NCBI GenBank assembly: GCA_003141895.1
Contig: PLNT01000036.1
Coordinates: forward strand, 53,195-117,194
Direction of reading: 5' to 3'
Length of the DNA: 64,000 nucleotides
Source: Bacteroidales bacterium
Lineage (GTDB): Bacteria > Bacteroidota > Bacteroidia > Bacteroidales > VadinHA17
Notes under the pieces: generated by a model
Seen by the model: only the letters and a program-made list of their open reading frames with translations
What the model was told of the DNA's origin: nothing
The model's database searches: none
Translations under genes and position numbers: made by a program
In this document: positions 57,544 to 64,000 of the stretch, piece after piece
How positions within the stretch are numbered: the stretch's first letter is position 1
Layout: each line of letters opens with the position of its first letter

Positions 57544-58668
57544 TTGTATATGTCTAAATCAAAAGTCTATTTTACAAACCTCAGAGCAAAACCATCTCAA
57601 AATCTATTCAAGAAGCTTGATGCCCTGATCATAAAAGCCGGAATTGATCAGATCGATTTCCAGAAAAAAATTGTAGCTATAAAACTTCACTTCGGAGAAC
57701 CTGGGAACCTGGCTTACCTCCGGCCCAATTTCGCCGCAAGGATCGTAAAATTCTTAAAAGCAAAAGACGCCATACCATTTCTTACGGATTGCAATACGCT
57801 TTATTTCGGGAGCCGCTCTAATGCCCCTATGCATCTTGAGGCAGCCTTTGAAAACGGATATAACCCGCTTGCAACAAATTGTCCGGTTATAATCGGTGAT
57901 GGAATAAAAGGCACTGATTACCGTGAGATTAATTTGAATCTTGAGTATTGTAAAGTAGCTAAAATTGGAAGCGCCATTGCCGATGCTGATGTGATTATAT
58001 CAATGAACCATTTCAAAGGGCACGAAATGACGGGGTTTGGAGGGGCACTTAAGAATTTGGGTATGGGTTGTGCCTCAGTGGGAGGTAAACTATTCCTGCA
58101 TTCAGGTTCTTCACCGGAGATATTTGAGGAGAACTGCACCGGTTGCAGGGTATGTGAGAAATATTGTGCGCATGATGCTATTGCAGTTGGTAAGGATAAG
58201 ATTGCACATATCGATTATGTAAAGTGTGTTGGTTGCGGACAATGTGTAGCGGTTTGCCAGTACGATGCTTCCCGGGTAGTATGGCAAAAATCATCTGAAA
58301 CAGTCTGTAAAAGAATTGCTGAATACTCCCTGGCAGTAGTCAGGGATAAACCATCGTTCCACATTAATTTTATTATTAATGTATCGCCCGATTGCGATTG
58401 CTGGGGATTTAATGATTACCCTTTAGTACCTGACCTCGGAATAGCAGCTTCGTTTGATCCTGTAGCTCTCGATCAGGCTTGTGCCGACATGGTTAAAGCG
58501 GCGCCTGCACTTCCCGGAAGCAGGATATGTGATAACCATCATGAGAATGATATGAGCGGTGATGATAAATTCAAACTCGCCCATCCTGATACTTTCTGGC
58601 AATCCGGACTTGAGCATGCGGTGAAAATTGGGCTGGGAAATACAGAGTATGAATTAATAAGTATTTAA
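57544..58668 (+). CDS. DUF362-domain protein with a 2x[4Fe-4S] ferredoxin insert
   Basis: It has 'CTGCRVCEKYC' and 'CVGCGQCVAVC'. The likely ATG start is at 57550. Confidence 0.7.
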   Translation: MYMSKSKVYFTNLRAKPSQNLFKKLDALIIKAGIDQIDFQKKIVAIKLHFGEPGNLAYLRPNFAARIVKFLKAKDAIPFLTDCNTLYFGSRSNAPMHLEAAFENGYNPLATNCPVIIGDGIKGTDYREINLNLEYCKVAKIGSAIADADVIISMNHFKGHEMTGFGGALKNLGMGCASVGGKLFLHSGSSPEIFEENCTGCRVCEKYCAHDAIAVGKDKIAHIDYVKCVGCGQCVAVCQYDASRVVWQKSSETVCKRIAEYSLAVVRDKPSFHINFIINVSPDCDCWGFNDYPLVPDLGIAASFDPVALDQACADMVKAAPALPGSRICDNHHENDMSGDDKFKLAHPDTFWQSGLEHAVKIGLGNTEYELISI

Positions 58669-58709
58669 TCCTAAATCATTTCGATACCGCCTGAATCAGA
58701 TTTAAACAC

Positions 58710-59558
58710 ATGAATGCTAAAGTAAGTATTGCTCGTCTTTCAATATTATCCAACACGTTACTTATCGTGATGAAGCTCGCGGTAGGTATTATAAGCGGAT
58801 CGGTAAGTATACTTTCTGAAGCTATTCATTCTTCAATGGACCTGATTGCAGCAGTTATTGCCTTCTTTTCTGTCAGGGTTTCCGATACGCCCCCCGATTC
58901 AAGACATCCATACGGACATGGGAAAATTGAGAACATATCAGGGGTCATAGAATCCCTACTGATTTTTATAGCAGCTATATGGATCATAATTGAGGCTGTA
59001 AAAAAACTTCTTGGGGAAAAGATTGAGCTTGAATCAATAACACTTGGCTCGATCGTAATGCTTATATGCGCAATGGTCAATGTTTTTGTTTCCCGAAGAT
59101 TATATAAAGTTGCCCATGAAACAAAATCTGTTGCACTCGAAGCAGATGCACTTCACCTTAAAACAGATGTATACACCTCATTAGGTGTAGCGGTAGGATT
59201 GGGACTTATTATATTAACAGGTATAAACTGGCTTGACCCGGTAATTGCTATGGTTGTCGCTTTGTTTATAATAAAAGAAGCGTTTCAGCTATTGCGAAAG
59301 GCATTCACGCCACTGCTGGATACAGCATGGAGTGACGAGGAAATTGAAGAACTTGAAACAAGATTAAACAGCCTTGGTGTCAGTTATCATGATCTGAGGA
59401 CAAGGATAGCCGGAAATTATCGCTTCATTGATATTCATATACAGATATCAGAAAATGAATCAGTTGGAAACGCACACAAATATTGCGACAAAATAGAAAA
59501 TATGCTTAAATCGGCGTATGAGAATGTCACAGTTACAATTCATGTTGAACCAGCTTAA
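58710..59558 (+). CDS. Cation diffusion facilitator (CDF) family metal efflux transporter
   Basis: It has 'SEAIHSSMDLIA' and 'HLKTDVYTSLGV' with 6 TM helices and a C-terminal cytoplasmic domain. Confidence 0.85.
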   Translation: MNAKVSIARLSILSNTLLIVMKLAVGIISGSVSILSEAIHSSMDLIAAVIAFFSVRVSDTPPDSRHPYGHGKIENISGVIESLLIFIAAIWIIIEAVKKLLGEKIELESITLGSIVMLICAMVNVFVSRRLYKVAHETKSVALEADALHLKTDVYTSLGVAVGLGLIILTGINWLDPVIAMVVALFIIKEAFQLLRKAFTPLLDTAWSDEEIEELETRLNSLGVSYHDLRTRIAGNYRFIDIHIQISENESVGNAHKYCDKIENMLKSAYENVTVTIHVEPA

Positions 59559-59602
59559 AGAACCCCTCCTGGATTTTAATCTGCACCTCAAAAACTTTTA
59601 CA

Positions 59603-62599
59603 ATGAAATATACAATCGCCCTGTTCACTTTTCTGGCTGCATTTTTAATAAGTTCTTACGGTTCAACCGGCAAGACCGGAAATTCTTATTATACTCTTAA
59701 ACCTGATGATCCTGCTGGAGTGTACTTCACACCAGATAATTTCAATATCACATCTGATGGGAAGATGGATGTGTCGGTTCAACTTCAAACTGCAATAAAT
59801 CAATTAAAAACCGACAGAAATTTCGGAATTCTATTTATTCCGGAAGGGAGCTATGCAATATCAAAGACAATTTATATACCAGCGTCAATACGCCTCATCG
59901 GTTATGGTAAAAACCGCCCGGTATTTATTCTTAAGAAAAATTCCCCCGGATTTCAGGAACCAAATCCCGGCGATAAAGGAAAAGCCACATATATGTTCTG
60001 GTTCACAAGCAGTATAGTTGAAGAGGGGAAAGAGATCAGGGATGCCAGTGCCGGTACATTTTACAGTGCACTTTCTAACATCGACCTCAGAATTGAAGAT
60101 GGAAATCCTTCAGCAGTAGCCCTTAGAACACATTTTGCCCAGCATAGCTTTATTTCCCACTGTGATATTCACGCAGGTAATGGGAAGGCCGGGTTATTCG
60201 ATATTGGTAATATGATTGAGGATGTTAAATTTTTTGGTGGAGAATATGGCATTTTCACAACAAAAGCTTCCCCGGGCTGGCAGTTCATGATGCTCGATAC
60301 CTATTTTGAAGGTCAGCGCAAAGCAGCCATTAAAACTCATGAAGCAGGATTTACCATAGTGAGAATGATTGTAAAAAATGTACCGTCAGTAATACTGGTT
60401 GATCAAAACTATTGGGAAAAACTCTTTATGGAAGACTGCAGGTTTGAAGATGTCACGGGACCAGCTATTGAAGTCAGTAATGAAGGTAATGCTCATATGC
60501 AGGTCAATATAAGGAATCTCAGCTGCAGAAACGTTCAGGTTCTTGTGCATTATCCTGAGCTTAACACAAATACAATTGCTCCCTCCCCGATTTATACTGT
60601 TAAGAGGTTCATCTACGGGCTTCAGATGGATGATCTGGATTCAGAGGCAAGGATAAACACCATTTATGAAACAGAAGCTTTGAAAGTTATGCCTGCCCAG
60701 GCCATCTCTGATATTCCTGAGCTTCCGGAAATGAAGGACTGGGTAAATCTGAAAACACTGGGCGTAAAAGGTGATGGCCTCACTGATGACACTAAAGCCA
60801 TTCAGGCTGCCATTGAACAGTATCCTTATATCTATGTTCCACAGGGATCTTATCGTATCAGCGAAACTATAAAGCTTAAACCGTCGACAGTCCTGATCGG
60901 TCTCCACCCACTGGCAACAAATTTTACACTTATAGAGAACTCTCAGGCGTTCAGCAGTTTCGGAGCTCCAGAGGCTTTGATCGAAGCAACCTTAGGAGGA
61001 ACTAATATCTTGTCCGGTATTGGTTTGTACACAGCTCAGAACAACTACAGGGCAGTTGCATGCAAATGGATGGCGGGCGAAAAATCAATGATCAATGACG
61101 TTAAATTTATTGGCGGACATGGGACGATGAGTCCGGGTCCTAAAGTTCCATGGAAATGGGAAGAAAATAAACCGACCCAGGGTCAGACAGTATCATCAGC
61201 TTCTGAACAAGTGTGGGATACACAATACTGGAGCTTGTGGGTGACTAATAACGGAGGCGGGATTTTCAAGAATATCTGGTCGGCCAGCACTTTTGCCACA
61301 TCGGGATTCTATGCTTCGAATACCAGTACAAGAGGACGAATCTATGCCATGTCAGTTGAGCACCATGTCAGAAATGAGGTGCGGTTAAATAATGTATCAA
61401 ACTGGAATATTTATGCTCTCCAGCTTGAAGAAGAAAGTCGTGAAGGATCAGAATGCCAGCCCCTCGAGCTTGAACGATGCAGCAATATGACAATCGCCAA
61501 TTTGTATATGTTCCGTGTAATAAGGGTTAAAGTCCCATATCCATATTCAGTAAGAACATGGGATTGCTCAAATCTTGAACTATTAAATATCCACAACTAC
61601 AGTCAGATAAAATATACAACAGATAATCCTCTTTATGACATTAATACAAATATTGAGGTTCGCCCGGTAGAGATGGCACGATTATACATAAGCGGGAAAA
61701 CTCAAAAACTCAGTACGATAAAATCAGACAAGCCGGTTCAATTACTGGCAAAAGGCTTCGAATTTGCTCTGGGGTCATGCCATGATTCAAAAGGCAATGT
61801 TTATTTTGCTGAACAGCGTATGAAACGCATCTACAAATGGTCAGTGGAAACAAATTCGATGAGTCTGCTTGCTGATTTCCAATGGGAACCGTTATCACTG
61901 GCTTGCGATTCAAAAGATAATCTGCTTGTAGTTTTCAGATATAATCCACAACCCGGATTAATTATAAACGGGCAACCTGAAAAATACACAAATCCACCCG
62001 ATGCTTATGGAACTTCTTTCAGTGGATGGGGGAATTCAGGTTTCGGGACATTGGTTTATTCCGTGAACCCCACGAATCCGGAAGAGACTATCCTAAAACT
62101 TGAGAAAATACCGATGGGCATAATAGACAATATTTATAAAGCCCTTTATCCCTCAAACAGGTGGCGTGATTATCATGATTTCAATACAATTTCGGTAAAC
62201 AGAGATTCTTCATGTTTTCTTGCCCCTGATGGGAAGACAATTATTCCAATATGTTATGATCTCGCCAGATCTTGCGCACTAGTGGAGGCATTTCCGGGAA
62301 AACCTCTCTATGCAGCAGATGAGTACGATAAACGTACAGTGAAGTTTAATGTCGATACCAAAGGCTATATTTCAGACATGCATTACTTTGCCGAGAAAGG
62401 CGAATTCAGTTCTGTTCCTGATGCTCCTGGAAATGTTTATATTGCAGATGGTCAGGTTTATATTTTCGACAAAGAAGGGAGACAAACAGGAATGATTGCT
62501 GTGCCGGAGAGGCCTTCGACAATTTCATTCGGAGGGAAAGACGGGAAAACTCTTTTTATTACCGGAAGGAATGCGTTGTATAGGACTGAAATTTTTTGA
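59603..62599 (+). CDS. Secreted right-handed beta-helix (pectate-lyase-superfamily, GH55/GH28-like) protein fused to an SMP-30/gluconolactonase-like beta-propeller
   Basis: It has a signal peptide. Two 'DGxxDxxxAIQxAI'-type starts are present ('DGKMDVSVQLQTAINQL', 'GDGLTDDTKAIQAAIEQ'). The C-terminal 'ISFGGKDGKTLFITGRNALY' is typical of SMP-30/LRE propellers. Confidence 0.5.
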   Translation: MKYTIALFTFLAAFLISSYGSTGKTGNSYYTLKPDDPAGVYFTPDNFNITSDGKMDVSVQLQTAINQLKTDRNFGILFIPEGSYAISKTIYIPASIRLIGYGKNRPVFILKKNSPGFQEPNPGDKGKATYMFWFTSSIVEEGKEIRDASAGTFYSALSNIDLRIEDGNPSAVALRTHFAQHSFISHCDIHAGNGKAGLFDIGNMIEDVKFFGGEYGIFTTKASPGWQFMMLDTYFEGQRKAAIKTHEAGFTIVRMIVKNVPSVILVDQNYWEKLFMEDCRFEDVTGPAIEVSNEGNAHMQVNIRNLSCRNVQVLVHYPELNTNTIAPSPIYTVKRFIYGLQMDDLDSEARINTIYETEALKVMPAQAISDIPELPEMKDWVNLKTLGVKGDGLTDDTKAIQAAIEQYPYIYVPQGSYRISETIKLKPSTVLIGLHPLATNFTLIENSQAFSSFGAPEALIEATLGGTNILSGIGLYTAQNNYRAVACKWMAGEKSMINDVKFIGGHGTMSPGPKVPWKWEENKPTQGQTVSSASEQVWDTQYWSLWVTNNGGGIFKNIWSASTFATSGFYASNTSTRGRIYAMSVEHHVRNEVRLNNVSNWNIYALQLEEESREGSECQPLELERCSNMTIANLYMFRVIRVKVPYPYSVRTWDCSNLELLNIHNYSQIKYTTDNPLYDINTNIEVRPVEMARLYISGKTQKLSTIKSDKPVQLLAKGFEFALGSCHDSKGNVYFAEQRMKRIYKWSVETNSMSLLADFQWEPLSLACDSKDNLLVVFRYNPQPGLIINGQPEKYTNPPDAYGTSFSGWGNSGFGTLVYSVNPTNPEETILKLEKIPMGIIDNIYKALYPSNRWRDYHDFNTISVNRDSSCFLAPDGKTIIPICYDLARSCALVEAFPGKPLYAADEYDKRTVKFNVDTKGYISDMHYFAEKGEFSSVPDAPGNVYIADGQVYIFDKEGRQTGMIAVPERPSTISFGGKDGKTLFITGRNALYRTEIF

Positions 62600-62600
62600 C

Positions 62601-62628
62601 CCCCCAACCCCCCTAAGGAGGGGGGGGG
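62601..62628. terminator. Poly-C/poly-G hairpin between convergent genes
   Basis: 'cccccaacccccc taagga ggggggggg' has C6 at 62608-62613 and G9 at 62620-62628. Confidence 0.5.
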
Positions 62629-62721
62629 CTAAAACTCTATATTTGAGATAATTATATTAATGTTCCCAATTTATGTGAGGGGGTTTACAGGTAGTGAAGA
62701 ATCCTATTCATTATAGTTAAT

Positions 62722-64000
62722 TTACTTTTTCGTAACCAACATTCCTGCAAGGAACTTAAACTCATTCTTATAAAGTCCGGGGGTTAGTTTGGATTGATCC
62801 CCGATTTCCATTATGTTTCCTATTGGTTTATCATATACTTTCCATTCGGGTAAATCTTTTCCGTTCGGATTACCATTCTTTACAAAGTTCACCCAGTAAT
62901 CATTCATTGTTTTTTCAACTGCAAAATCAACGTCACGCCATGGTCTTTTCCAGAGGTGAAGCGTATGGAGTGCGAAAGGTACCTCGGAAGTATGAAATGC
63001 ACCGTAATTTGGAAAATCAGGTTTATCTACCGGAACATGACTGAACTCATAAACATATGCCTGTTTGCTCGCATAACCTGCCCACAAATATGCCGGCACA
63101 GCAGCAAACTGCATAAGACCAACTAATTTCATTGATGCCGAAACCTGATCATTTGTATTACCCGGGAATAATTTCAAAAATTCTTCTGCCTTGTCTCCAT
63201 AATTTTTCAAAGCCTGTTCTTTATATTTTTCAAGCGTTAAAGTCTGATTACCCATAATTGATCCGTCTCCTGTAACCCAGCCGGCCATCATTGCAACATC
63301 ATTAAATTTCCCATTCCTGAAAGCACCAAAGACATCATTCGGAATTACATATCCGTCAGCCACAGGGCCAAAGTTCCCTCCTGCATTTATAAGCTCATCG
63401 GCTGATTTCTTTCTAAGTTCATCAATACTTGAGGTCTTCAATTTTTCCATAATAGCGATACCAGATTTTTCTGCATCAGCTAAATTGTTGCTCATGCGGT
63501 TGTTCAATATTCCCCCGCTCTCAGCTATTGCGCCCCTGAAAAGACCTTTGGCCAGAGGTGATGCAACTAGAACACAAACACTCATGGATCCTGCCGACTG
63601 TCCATCTATAGTAACCTTTTGCGGATCACCTCCAAATGCTTCAATATTCCTTTTGATCCATACGAGGGCTGCTATCTGGTCAAGCAGTCCGTAGTTTCCC
63701 GATACTTTATTTGCCGATTCGCTGCTCAGCCCGGGATGTGCCATGAAACCCAGCACTCCTACCCTATAATTAATGCTAACGAAGATGATGCCTTTCTTTG
63801 ACATTTCTTCCCCATCATATACAGTACATGCAGCTGAGCCGGAAGAAAAACCACCGCCATAAATCCATACAAAAACCGGTAACTTATCCTTTGCCGATTT
63901 AGCTGGCGTCCAGACATTCAGATAAAGACAATCTTCACTTAAATTTTCAGAGGGTGTTATGAATTCTTCAGTCCACATCATGAAAGGAACCGGTTTCCTT
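62722..64000 (-). CDS. Type B carboxylesterase/lipase (partial; the N-terminus lies beyond the window)
   Basis: It has 'EDCLYLNVWTP', the nucleophile elbow 'IDGQSAGSMSV' and 'AIAESGG'. The reading frame stays open upstream of the listed Met to position 64000. Confidence 0.85.
   Translation of the reverse strand, partial: RKPVPFMMWTEEFITPSENLSEDCLYLNVWTPAKSAKDKLPVFVWIYGGGFSSGSAACTVYDGEEMSKKGIIFVSINYRVGVLGFMAHPGLSSESANKVSGNYGLLDQIAALVWIKRNIEAFGGDPQKVTIDGQSAGSMSVCVLVASPLAKGLFRGAIAESGGILNNRMSNNLADAEKSGIAIMEKLKTSSIDELRKKSADELINAGGNFGPVADGYVIPNDVFGAFRNGKFNDVAMMAGWVTGDGSIMGNQTLTLEKYKEQALKNYGDKAEEFLKLFPGNTNDQVSASMKLVGLMQFAAVPAYLWAGYASKQAYVYEFSHVPVDKPDFPNYGAFHTSEVPFALHTLHLWKRPWRDVDFAVEKTMNDYWVNFVKNGNPNGKDLPEWKVYDKPIGNIMEIGDQSKLTPGLYKNEFKFLAGMLVTKK

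Overview
The window has two parts. Bases 1 to about 29,100 are a visibly more AT-rich integrated defence and DNA-modification island. Its right end carries a tyrosine integrase and an excisionase-like gene. The island contains:
- a catalytically inactive long prokaryotic Argonaute (pAgo) translationally coupled to a two-TM effector
- a complete type III R-M system (mod/res)
- an MmeI-architecture gamma-methyltransferase with an overlapping small PD-(D/E)xK nuclease
- Mrr
- an ImmA/IrrE peptidase with a PIN-like (DUF4411-like) partner
- two further DNA methyltransferases
- a short tyrosine recombinase operon with a DUF2130-like nuclease
- XRE regulators
- an hsdR N-terminal remnant
- a 1.18 kb ORF-free block of foreign composition with inverted-repeat symmetry

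Bases 29,100 to 64,000 look like core genome of a probable FCB-group (Bacteroidota/Ignavibacteriota-like) bacterium. They encode:
- a TAT-exported oxidoreductase
- a corrinoid-dependent three-component methyltransferase cluster with fhs
- a CcsBA, Crp/Fnr and multihaem cytochrome cluster that includes an outer-membrane barrel
- an acyl-CoA dehydrogenase, EtfAB and membrane Fe-S oxidoreductase module
- housekeeping genes (cmk, ispH, pfkA)
- a large beta-helix/propeller protein
- a carboxylesterase cut by the window edge

GC-rich poly-C/poly-G hairpin repeats occupy several intergenic gaps in the core part. I recognised no rRNA, tRNA or CRISPR array by eye. All family calls rest on motifs read from the translations, not on database searches.
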